Positions 18,281 to 25,825 of a stretch of 64,000 bases of DNA are shown here, piece by piece (position 1 is the stretch's first letter; every line of letters starts with the position of its first letter). Under the pieces are notes generated by a model that had not been told where the DNA came from, ran no database searches, and worked only from the letters and a program-made list of their open reading frames with translations. The position numbers and the translations under genes were made by a program. Origin of the DNA: an uncultured Lishizhenia sp. (GTDB taxonomy: Bacteria; Bacteroidota; Bacteroidia; Flavobacteriales_D; Crocinitomicaceae); assembly GCA_964506255.1 (NCBI GenBank), contig CAZDKE010000005.1, forward strand, positions 2,876 to 66,875. The letters are read 5' to 3'.

Positions 18281-21091
18281 CTAAAAAATCTTTTTTTCTT
18301 TCTTTTCCCAAAACCCTGGTTTTTTAAAAAAGTAAAGAAATAAGACTATGGTCATTAAGAAAAACAACCAACCTGGTTCACTCATTTCAGTATTTTCATC
18401 TTCAATATCGTAGGACTGTTTACCGTTTAAAACCTGCTTTTGTTTTCGCAATAAACTGTTCTTTTGTGCTTGATTTTCAACAACTAGATAAGAAGTGTAA
18501 GGAGTCAAAATCCGCGATTGAAAGCTAAATTTTACTTGTTGCACCCATTTTGAATCTACTAGTTCTGGATGCTCAATGTGATTTCTATAGTTTGCTTGTA
18601 AATGTAAACCCGACAACCAATCTTTTTGCATTGCATACTTTGTAGATTTTATGATAGCTGCGTTTTTGAAAATCAAACTTCCTTTTTGGTTATCAGGAAT
18701 ATACACCTTGCTTTTTGAATCAATTGGATATTCCAAAACCTCATTTCCAACTTGAATAGATGTGTCTTTTAAAGCAATTTCAAAAGGATTATTATCTAAA
18801 AAATGAGCGTTAAGCACCTTATGATTTTTTAAATGATAGAAAAAGTTGTTCTCTGGGTACAAGTGTTTCCAGTCAGCAAAGTCTTTTGTGATGATTGAAG
18901 TTGTTATGTTATCTGTAACAACCACAAAAATGGGATAAGTTGAATATTGGTTTTGTTCTGTAAAAGCTTTTTGAATGGCTCTTTCAAGAAAAAATCCTCC
19001 TTTTGAATCCGCCACTTTGATTTGTGTTTTCCAATTTTCTTGAATGGAAAAAAGAGTACTATAACTGGCTACACAACTGATTACTGCGTTTTTACAAAGC
19101 TGTTTGTTGGCTTTTAAAAAATTCTCAATGACTTGTGTATATTTCTCTTTCTTAGCTGGATCACTTACATCAACCATAAAATGAATGTAAGGTTTACGTT
19201 TGATTTTTCTTAGTTTTCGCTTTTCATTACTCGAAACATAAATTGCTGTTTCGTCTTCAAAATGGGAATTACTTTTTTCATTTTCGTTCCCAAGCTTTAC
19301 AATTTCCCCATCTATCTCTAATTGAATAGGTTCTTTGTGGATGAATTGAATACCCGTTTTCCGCACTTCTTGGTTGTTAAATGGAAAAACCCTAAACTCA
19401 ACTTTATTACCTGTTTTATAGAATAGAATTCCCGGGTCACGATTTTGATTTTTGATATTGGAATAAATCCAAAATGCAGTTTTCTTTTCTGCCAAAATGC
19501 CCATTTCTTTTCTTTTTCCAACGTATAAATAGTAATCGCTAATCCAGCAGGCGTCAGGTAAATTCAAGAGTGTGGCATATTCTTGCTTACCAAAATCAGC
19601 AGAAGTATTTGTTAACTGAAAATCAACCCAAGTTGTCCAATAGTTTTCTTTTTTATTGAAGGTGCTTCTCGAAGAAAGCTTTGAAATTTGAACTGTTGAG
19701 TCCAATTTAGATTCTGGGAAACTTCGAAAGTATTTTCCTTCTGAAAAGATTCGCTCCAAGGTATTGATTTTTGTTTCTGAAAGTGTCAAATTATCCAATA
19801 CAAGCCAATTGTAATAGCTTGATAAATAAGGTTTTTGATTGCTAGAGGTGAAAAAATCAGAGTTGGATTTGTTGCTTTTAATCGCATCTAAAGTCCTTAA
19901 CAGTGCTTTTTCGTCTATTTTCTTGTTATTTGAAAAATCAGGTGAATAAACGTAATTCAATGCCTGACTCAAATTATTTCTATCGTTCCAATAATCTAAA
20001 GTGATAATGCTAGGTATTACAAGAAATGCTATTAAACCTATGATTCTAAGTTTTGGTTTGGAATAAAATTGACTCAAAAATTGAAAATCTTTATGAAGTA
20101 CGGTGATATGTATAATGAAAAGAATTAAAGGTGTCAACATTAAAATTCCAATTCCTAAAGCAAAAATGGCTATTACTGAAAGCGGAAGAAAAGGCAAAAA
20201 CACCATGAAAAAGTAGAAAGTATAAGCGAAGGTTAGCATCCGAAAGCTAAAAATTAAGAGTTGACGTCGCGGATTATCTTTTTTAGAAAGGCATAATAAA
20301 ACACCATTTAAAATCGCAAGAAAAGGAAACCAAAGACTAGAAAAATCTCCAATAACATCAGAGAAATCAAGCCCTGAATTACTTTTTCTACACAGTGATA
20401 AACCGATAAGTGGCAGAATTATCGCAAATAGTACTTTCCAAATTAGCACATTTTCGTTGTAATTCTTGGCGTTTTTTGACATCAATGTATAAATGAAGCG
20501 AACCAGAAAAAACAAAAACAAAATGATTGCTGTAATAACAATGATAAGAATAGAATGTACTCCAAAGCCTTGATCAACCGTTTTCCAAAATGGCGCGATG
20601 ATAAAGAAATAAACAAATGAAATCATTGGAAATAATATGGCATAAAGCACATTAGACCACGGATTAATATTCTTGTTTTCTGGAACGGAAAGTGTCACCA
20701 AAATAAAAAGAGCAAAAGCCATTGTTGGCATCAGAAAAGTCCCTGTGTAAAGCAATAAATTTCCTGTAAGCATCCAATTTGGAATAGATCTCGGAATAAG
20801 TAAATCGAAATTATAACTGAAAGCATACAAATAAATTAGGTAGAAAAATAAAGTTCCCAATGCCCAAAATAGCGTTGTTTTTTGCTTTTTAAATAGAGCA
20901 TAAATTGTGTACGCGATTTGGATAGCTGTTATGAAACTAAAGGAGAATCCAAAAGCTAACCATTGATTTTTTGTTTCAGAATTGAGTAAAGGCTGAATAA
21001 CGTTATAATCTCCCCAAAACACTAAAATTAAAAGTAAGGAAGGAACGATTGTTACAAAAACAATCCATTTAGGATGAAGCAAGAATTTCAT
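18281..21091 (-). CDS. MSEP-CTERM sorting-domain protein (polytopic N-terminal domain + VIT-like + degenerate vWA-like + MSEP-CTERM signal)
   Basis: C-terminus ...NTEMSEPGWLFFLMTIVLFLYFFKKPGFWEKKEKKIF has motif, TM helix and basic cluster. The first ~370 aa contain 10 or more hydrophobic helices. VIT-like segment: EYATLLNLPDACWISDYYLYVGKRKEMGILAEKKTAFWIY. vWA-like segment: MVDVSDP...GGFFLERAIQKA...VVVTDN. Confidence 0.85.
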   Translation of the reverse strand: MKFLLHPKWIVFVTIVPSLLLILVFWGDYNVIQPLLNSETKNQWLAFGFSFSFITAIQIAYTIYALFKKQKTTLFWALGTLFFYLIYLYAFSYNFDLLIPRSIPNWMLTGNLLLYTGTFLMPTMAFALFILVTLSVPENKNINPWSNVLYAILFPMISFVYFFIIAPFWKTVDQGFGVHSILIIVITAIILFLFFLVRFIYTLMSKNAKNYNENVLIWKVLFAIILPLIGLSLCRKSNSGLDFSDVIGDFSSLWFPFLAILNGVLLCLSKKDNPRRQLLIFSFRMLTFAYTFYFFMVFLPFLPLSVIAIFALGIGILMLTPLILFIIHITVLHKDFQFLSQFYSKPKLRIIGLIAFLVIPSIITLDYWNDRNNLSQALNYVYSPDFSNNKKIDEKALLRTLDAIKSNKSNSDFFTSSNQKPYLSSYYNWLVLDNLTLSETKINTLERIFSEGKYFRSFPESKLDSTVQISKLSSRSTFNKKENYWTTWVDFQLTNTSADFGKQEYATLLNLPDACWISDYYLYVGKRKEMGILAEKKTAFWIYSNIKNQNRDPGILFYKTGNKVEFRVFPFNNQEVRKTGIQFIHKEPIQLEIDGEIVKLGNENEKSNSHFEDETAIYVSSNEKRKLRKIKRKPYIHFMVDVSDPAKKEKYTQVIENFLKANKQLCKNAVISCVASYSTLFSIQENWKTQIKVADSKGGFFLERAIQKAFTEQNQYSTYPIFVVVTDNITTSIITKDFADWKHLYPENNFFYHLKNHKVLNAHFLDNNPFEIALKDTSIQVGNEVLEYPIDSKSKVYIPDNQKGSLIFKNAAIIKSTKYAMQKDWLSGLHLQANYRNHIEHPELVDSKWVQQVKFSFQSRILTPYTSYLVVENQAQKNSLLRKQKQVLNGKQSYDIEDENTEMSEPGWLFFLMTIVLFLYFFKKPGFWEKKEKKIF

Positions 21092-21608
21092 TTGGTTGAA
21101 GTTTAATTAGTAATTTTTCGGTGAAGTAATAGGCTACAATCAAAAAGGTTAAATTGTTAATAATCCCAATAGATTCGTGAATGATTGAAGCGTCAAGTGA
21201 GGTGAGACGTTGAAGTTTTTCTTGTAAAATAATTGAAGAATAAATTCGTGAGGAATTAGCTAAAATGCTTAAAATGTAAGCTCCAAAAAGACTTAAACTA
21301 ATGGAAATGACTTTTTGATTGTGAAATTTCAAATAGCCTATTGAAAGTACTGACAGTAAAATAAAACTTAGGATAAAAAAATTAAAACCTGAGCAGGATT
21401 TATTGATAGTCACATTCAATTCTTCGAAGAAATAACCATTATCAGAAGTAAAAAAGTAAGTGCTAGCCGTTAAAAATTCAACTGCTTTTGAAGTTGGCTG
21501 TAACAAAAGTTTTAAATCACTTGTTTCTGTTTGTGTGTAAAGAATTTTAAGTGAAAGGAACGTAACAGCGAGAAAAAAATAATAAGGAATATTTTGCTTG
21601 ATTTTCAT
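21069..21608 (-). CDS. xrtK: exosortase family protein (XrtK-like), the dedicated partner of the MSEP-CTERM protein
   Basis: 179-aa polytopic protein with ordered Cys (INKSCSGFNFF), Arg (LANSSRIYS) and His (IIHESIGI) motifs of the exosortase/archaeosortase fold. It overlaps the substrate gene by 23 nt. Confidence 0.8.
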   Translation of the reverse strand: MKIKQNIPYYFFLAVTFLSLKILYTQTETSDLKLLLQPTSKAVEFLTASTYFFTSDNGYFFEELNVTINKSCSGFNFFILSFILLSVLSIGYLKFHNQKVISISLSLFGAYILSILANSSRIYSSIILQEKLQRLTSLDASIIHESIGIINNLTFLIVAYYFTEKLLIKLQPNEILASS

Positions 21609-21649
21609 AGAAAGTGAATATTTATAGTAGTCATTGTTATTTAAGTTTT

Positions 21650-21930
21650 GGTTAATTCAGTAGAACTATTTCCAGTTACCAACGTTAGCGAACATTTTAG
21701 GCCTTGAATTTCTAGGTTTTAACTACTGAACTGAAACTGGCAAATTTTAATGATTTCTGTAATCAGTCAGCAGACTGACGCCAAAATCCAGTTTCAGAAA
21801 GGAGTTAAAATTGTTCGCCACGAGTTGTAAATAGTTATAGAATATAGTTTGCGAACAAAAAGAAATTCAGAGCCTTGATTTTTTAGCTTCGCTGCTTCTT
21901 CGAGGTGATTCTTTTTGATCAAGCAAAAAG
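21650..21930 (+). repeat. copy A of a ~220-280 bp structured intergenic repeat (candidate sRNA or MITE-like element)
   Basis: Core 21700..21928 matches 24991..25210 with identical runs of 51, 36 and 40 nt. It has nested inverted repeats: ggccttgaatttct/agaaattcagagcc, ttttaact/agttaaaa, ctgaaactgg/ccagtttcag and ttgttcgc/gcgaacaa. A T-run follows the outer stem on the plus strand. Confidence 0.8.
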
Positions 21931-22000
21931 AATGGCAAAAGAAATATTGATTAAGGTTAGTTTTACCAAGTATAGAACCTAATCAAGTTTTGAATAAATC

Positions 22001-23425
22001 TCAATTTATATCCAGCAATTCCTTCTCCACCTCACTATCCAAATAAGTCCAAGACTTCCAGGTTTTTTCAGCTTGATTGGTTTTGAATACATTGATTTTT
22101 CTAATTAATCGTTTATGGAAAAATCTTTTTTTACCTTCACTTTTGATATTTGCTTCCATTTTTAAGAGGCTTGGAATTGTGGTATCTGAGAGCGCTAGCA
22201 TGTAATATAAATCGATTTCACTTTTCAATGATTGATTGTTGTTGACGATTATTTGGTCCCAATTGATTAAAGATGAAAAGATTAGTACTAAGAAGAAAGA
22301 CCAACCATTCATCCTAAATAAGAACAGATTCTTTTTCACTAAATAGATTTTCAAGATCGTTGAAATCAAACCAACAAAGGTCAAGAAAGTGTATACATAT
22401 ACACCGATTCGCTTGTGAGTTAAACCGTATAAGTCAATGTACATAGCGTTTTTTGCCCCAACGGAAACAAGTAGTATTAGATTTTGAATCAACCAAATGT
22501 ATGCTAGCACTTTCACGAACTTATTATTGGTAAAGAAGTTCATTGCTCCGCGGAAATAGAACAAAACAATAGCAATAGAAATGAGGATTGTAAAAATCAG
22601 CGTTCCCACACTTTGATGTAGGAACGATGCAAAAGTCACATTTTCAGGTAATTCTTGATTGAAAAGGAGAAAATTCATATCCCCAAGATTGACAATTAGA
22701 ATCAATAAATTGAGTAAGATGAACAATACCTTGGCAGAGAAATATTCATCAACTAAAGTCAGCGTTTTGCCCCATAGCGACCATTCTTCGTGTTTATAGT
22801 TGGTGATTCTTAAGGTTTCAGGTTCATCGAATCGTTGTAAGTCTTCGATGTATTTGACATTGTAAAAGCCATAAATCAACCACAATCCAAACAAGGTGAA
22901 GAAAATCCAATACATTGAAATCCAATCTAAATTGATTTTGTCGGTCAATGATTCAAAAATGGGGTTTGAAACGCGATACATTCCGAAAAATAGAAACGCA
23001 ACTAGTATCGGGATTCCAATGAGCATCAGTTTTTTGGCGCTGGGAGTTTGATCTTTTGAAAAACGTTTTGGAAGTTGATTAATGTCGTCGATTCCTGAAA
23101 GAAACCACGAGTTTAACCCATAAATACTCGCAACTAGAATACTTGAATTTGCACTTGCACTCATTCCTGTTAGAACTAAAAGCGAAGTTAAGGATGCGAT
23201 GATTGAAAGTAAGTTACCATAGTAAGCAACACTGAAAGAAGCGATTAAACTCAAAAAAGCTACAATCAACCAATTTCTGTTTTTGAGCAAGCTTGCATTT
23301 TTGATGAGAGCGAAAATTAAAAGAATTACTGTTAAAATACTGAGGTTTATTCCCAACATTTCTTTGTAAAATAGATAGCTGTAAACTCCTGTTACAACTA
23401 GAATAATCCAATCGTTTTTTTTCAT
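22001..23425 (-). CDS. large polytopic membrane protein (DUF4173-like), unknown function
   Basis: 474 aa with about 12 hydrophobic helices and no recognisable catalytic motif. It has its own copy of the operator/promoter palindrome upstream. Confidence 0.6.
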   Translation of the reverse strand: MKKNDWIILVVTGVYSYLFYKEMLGINLSILTVILLIFALIKNASLLKNRNWLIVAFLSLIASFSVAYYGNLLSIIASLTSLLVLTGMSASANSSILVASIYGLNSWFLSGIDDINQLPKRFSKDQTPSAKKLMLIGIPILVAFLFFGMYRVSNPIFESLTDKINLDWISMYWIFFTLFGLWLIYGFYNVKYIEDLQRFDEPETLRITNYKHEEWSLWGKTLTLVDEYFSAKVLFILLNLLILIVNLGDMNFLLFNQELPENVTFASFLHQSVGTLIFTILISIAIVLFYFRGAMNFFTNNKFVKVLAYIWLIQNLILLVSVGAKNAMYIDLYGLTHKRIGVYVYTFLTFVGLISTILKIYLVKKNLFLFRMNGWSFFLVLIFSSLINWDQIIVNNNQSLKSEIDLYYMLALSDTTIPSLLKMEANIKSEGKKRFFHKRLIRKINVFKTNQAEKTWKSWTYLDSEVEKELLDIN

Positions 23426-23455
23426 TTTATTTGTTTTTTAGTTTATTTTAAAAGT

Positions 23456-23474
23456 ACTTTGTATTTCAAAGTTA
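23456..23474 (-). promoter_or_regulatory. palindromic operator ACTTTG-N5-CAAAGT overlapping a TAACTTTG -7 promoter box, upstream of the DUF4173-like gene
   Basis: Plus strand reads aaaagtACTTTGtatttCAAAGTtaaaa. Read on the minus strand, TAACTTTG (23474..23467) fits TAnnTTTG. A near-identical site lies at 24442..24460. Confidence 0.55.
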
Positions 23475-23488
23475 AAATGCAAATTTTT

Positions 23489-23788
23489 TTAGTTCGTCTT
23501 TTTGATCAACGATTCCAAAGCGCTCAAATGCTCCATAAAAGCACTTTTTCCTTGGCTCGTTGCTGCGTAAGTTGTGTTAGGTTTTTTTCCAATGAATTGT
23601 TTGTTTACCAGTACATATTCCAGTTTTTCCAATGCTGAAACGTGACTTGCTAAATTCCCATCTGTGATGTCTAGCATTTCCTTTAATGTTGCAAAATCAA
23701 CGGTATCATTGACCATCAAAATGGACATAATTCCAAGTCGAATTCTACTTTCGAAGGCTTTGTTCAGGTGTTCAATGTAGTTTTTCAT
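23489..23788 (-). CDS. small winged-helix DNA-binding transcriptional regulator
   Basis: 99 aa starting MKNYIEHLNKAFESRIRLGIMSIL...GNLASHVSALEKLEYV, an ArsR/MarR-like wHTH pattern. This start gives an ATGA overlap with the upstream gene. The 22-codon N-terminal extension in the track ORF is rejected. Confidence 0.75.
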   Translation of the reverse strand: MKNYIEHLNKAFESRIRLGIMSILMVNDTVDFATLKEMLDITDGNLASHVSALEKLEYVLVNKQFIGKKPNTTYAATSQGKSAFMEHLSALESLIKKTN

Positions 23789-24423
23789 TTTTCGTATTTG
23801 AAATACATTAAAGTACCGTAAATAATATGTAAAACTCCAAAACCTAAAGCCCAAAAAAGTAAGCCGTAACCAATATAGATAGAAGCAATAAGTCCGAGAA
23901 TGATCTCTAAAACTCCAAGGTATTGAATGTCGTGTAAGGTATATTTTCCCGCATTGATCAAAGCTAAACCGTAGAATATTAGGGTAGCAGGTGCAATCAA
24001 TTCAATCATTCCGTGATAAAATAGAATAAGGCAGAAGATTCCACCAGTCATCAAGGGTAAAAGTAGATTTGTAAGTAATCTCTTGGAACTCGAATTCCAA
24101 ATCGTTTGATTGTTTCGCTTTGCTTTTCTGGAAGTAAAATAAACTCCGAATGTTAAAGCTAAAGTCAAAACAGATAAACCATTGATAATAAAAAAAGTAA
24201 AGAAATTTTTGTTGGGTGTACCGTCGTTGCGATACGCATAATCGTAATAATTATCTGAGCTAAAGTCGATTTCCAAATAAACATAAGCAGCAATAGCACC
24301 GATTAAACCAAAAATACCAGCGGCTACACCAGACAATCCACTTAGCGAAATGAACTTAGTCGATTTTTCCATCATTGCTCGAATCTCGGTCAATGCTTCT
24401 AAATGCTGTTTGTTTTCTTCCAT
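23785..24423 (-). CDS. membrane protein of unknown function (about 6 TM), first gene of the regulator module
   Basis: 212 aa with an amphipathic N-terminus followed by hydrophobic helices. It is translationally coupled (ATGA) to the wHTH gene. Confidence 0.6.
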   Translation of the reverse strand: MEENKQHLEALTEIRAMMEKSTKFISLSGLSGVAAGIFGLIGAIAAYVYLEIDFSSDNYYDYAYRNDGTPNKNFFTFFIINGLSVLTLALTFGVYFTSRKAKRNNQTIWNSSSKRLLTNLLLPLMTGGIFCLILFYHGMIELIAPATLIFYGLALINAGKYTLHDIQYLGVLEIILGLIASIYIGYGLLFWALGFGVLHIIYGTLMYFKYEK

Positions 24424-24441
24424 ATTTTAATTTTAAAAAGT

Positions 24442-24460
24442 ACTTTGAGTTGCAAAGTTA
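24442..24460 (-). promoter_or_regulatory. second copy of the ACTTTG-N5-CAAAGT operator with the overlapping TAACTTTG -7 box, upstream of the membrane-protein/wHTH operon
   Basis: Plus strand reads aaaagtACTTTGagttgCAAAGTtaaat. It lies 19 nt from the ATG at 24423 and shares flanks with the site at 23456..23474. Confidence 0.55.
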
Positions 24461-24656
24461 AATTAAAATTTGAATTTGAAAAGAAAAAATTGTTTTTTTT
24501 TTATGCTTATCCTTTACTTTCCCCAATGGATTTGTAATTGATTTTAAAACAACGCTTTTTTTATATTTTTCCTTCGGAGATGCTTTGCGATTTAGTTATT
24601 TTTCAACAATGGCAACTTTAGAATGTTAAATCCGCAGCTTATAGTTACTCTTTTCA

Positions 24657-24774
24657 AAAGATTCCTCGCTGTGCTCGGAAGGACTTTTGGGTTGGGAAAG
24701 TAGGCGAAAATGCGAAGCATTTTCGCAACCCCCTCTTAGTGCAAGTCCTTCCGAGCGAAGTGAGGAATCTTTTT
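24657..24774 (+). other. 118-nt extended imperfect hairpin (three stacked stems), a candidate structured RNA or palindromic repeat element
   Basis: Outer arms aaaagattcctcgctgtgctcggaaggactt / aagtccttccgagcgaagtgaggaatctttt. Middle stem gggtt/aaccc. Apical perfect 10-bp stem gcgaaaatgc-gaa-gcattttcgc (24704..24726). The mismatches become G-U pairs only in a plus-strand transcript. Confidence 0.6.
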
Positions 24775-24944
24775 ATTTGTCATTTCAAACAAAGTATGAC
24801 CGCGCTAGCAGAAACGTAGTTAAATTCATTTGAGTAAGTTTAAGGTTTGTTTGGGGAAACAAACGGATATGCATTTTTTTGTATTGAATTTTAATAGTCG
24901 ATATTGTGCTTATCAAAGTACATTTTAAACTTGTAAGTCAAGGA

Positions 24945-25212
24945 TTTAATTGAAGTGAGAACTATTTGAATAATAGTACCGAAACTAAGCGGCCTTGAAT
25001 TTCTAGGTTTTAACTACTGAACTGAAACTGGCAAATTTTAAAGATTTCTGTAAGAACTTCCGCCAAAATCCAGTTTCAGAAAGGAGTTAAAATTGTTCAC
25101 TACTCGTTTTAATTGTTTATAGAACAAGGATTTGCGAATAAAAAGAAATTCAGAGCCTTGATTTTTTAGCTTCGCTGCTACTTCGTGGTGATTCTTTAGA
25201 TAAAGCAAAAAA
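24945..25212 (+). repeat. copy B of the structured intergenic repeat
   Basis: Same architecture as copy A. It differs by a 9-nt shorter apical loop (gaacttccg versus tcagtcagcagactgacg) and a diverged third hairpin. Confidence 0.8.
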
Positions 25213-25294
25213 AAATAGAACAATGAATTTTAATAAATGCAAGATTTACAAGAAGTTTAAATTGTTTTTAGTCTTAAAACTTAAAAACAATGCA

Positions 25295-25325
25295 CAAAAA
25301 AAAGAGGTCTCACAATGAAACCTCT
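25295..25325 (-). terminator. Rho-independent terminator of the HU gene
   Basis: Minus strand reads agaggtttc-attgt-gagacctct, a 9-bp stem with one G-U pair, followed by eight T. Confidence 0.8.
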
Positions 25326-25347
25326 TTCAATTTAGAAAATATTCTAA

Positions 25348-25620
25348 TTAGTTTACGCTAGAAGAAAGGTCTGAACCTGCTTTGAAACGTACTGTGTTTT
25401 TAGCTGCGATTTCAATAACTGCACCTGTTTTAGGGTTACGACCGTTACGAGCATTTCTTTTAGAAACGTCGAAAGAACCAAAACCAACTAAAGAAATTTT
25501 ATCTCCACTTTTCAATGCACCAGTTGTAGCTGATACAAATGCATCTAATGCTTTTTTAGAGTCTGCTTTAGATAATCCAGATTCTGCTGCAATAGCGTCA
25601 ATTAATTCTGCTTTGTTCAT
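25348..25620 (-). CDS. HU family DNA-binding protein
   Basis: 90 aa: MNKAELIDAIA...GFGSF.V..R.AR.GRNP.TG..I.I, the canonical HU/IHF signature. Confidence 0.95.
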   Translation of the reverse strand: MNKAELIDAIAAESGLSKADSKKALDAFVSATTGALKSGDKISLVGFGSFDVSKRNARNGRNPKTGAVIEIAAKNTVRFKAGSDLSSSVN

Positions 25621-25662
25621 AGTAATTTGTTTTAATGAGTTAATTAATATTTTTTATTAGAA

Positions 25663-25670
25663 CAAATATA
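25663..25670 (-). promoter_or_regulatory. Bacteroidota -7 promoter box (TATATTTG) for the HU gene
   Basis: Matches TAnnTTTG on the minus strand, 42 nt upstream of the ATG. Confidence 0.45.
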
Positions 25671-25825
25671 TCTGAATATCAATGCGAATAATCAAATCAC
25701 CAAAAAAAAAGTCAAAAAATGTTGAAAAAAGCTTGATTTTGTTGATAAAGGTAGGGTTTTTCCCATCTCAATGCCGACTTTTCTTTGAAATGTAGTATTA
25801 ATTTTCATAGTATCTTCGAGCCAAA

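Noticed and set aside
23789-23854. N-terminal extensions offered by the ORF track, here for the wHTH gene and likewise at 32314..32397, 32797..32844, 52300..52356 and 52862..52891
   Set aside because: The extensions overlap upstream genes or promoter boxes. Downstream ATG codons give family-typical N-termini and tidy ATGA/abutting junctions.
24845-24880. Small perfect hairpin gtttgttt-gggg-aaacaaac followed at a distance by a T-run, as a plus-strand terminator
   Set aside because: The stem is AT-rich, the T-run is 9 nt away from the stem, and no plus-strand gene ends nearby.
25038-25223. 61-codon minus-strand ORF inside repeat copy B
   Set aside because: The equivalent segment of copy A differs by a 1-nt indel, so the reading frame is not conserved. 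Conservation follows stems rather than codons, and the predicted peptide is low-complexity.
21609-25347. Genomic island or mobile element carrying the regulator module
   Set aside because: No integrase, transposase, tRNA attachment site or target-site duplication is visible. Only the two direct repeats are seen, so it is reported as a repeat-bracketed module rather than a mobile element.
25382-25660. 92-codon ORF antisense to the HU gene
   Set aside because: The HU reading is unambiguous, so the antisense frame is coincidental.
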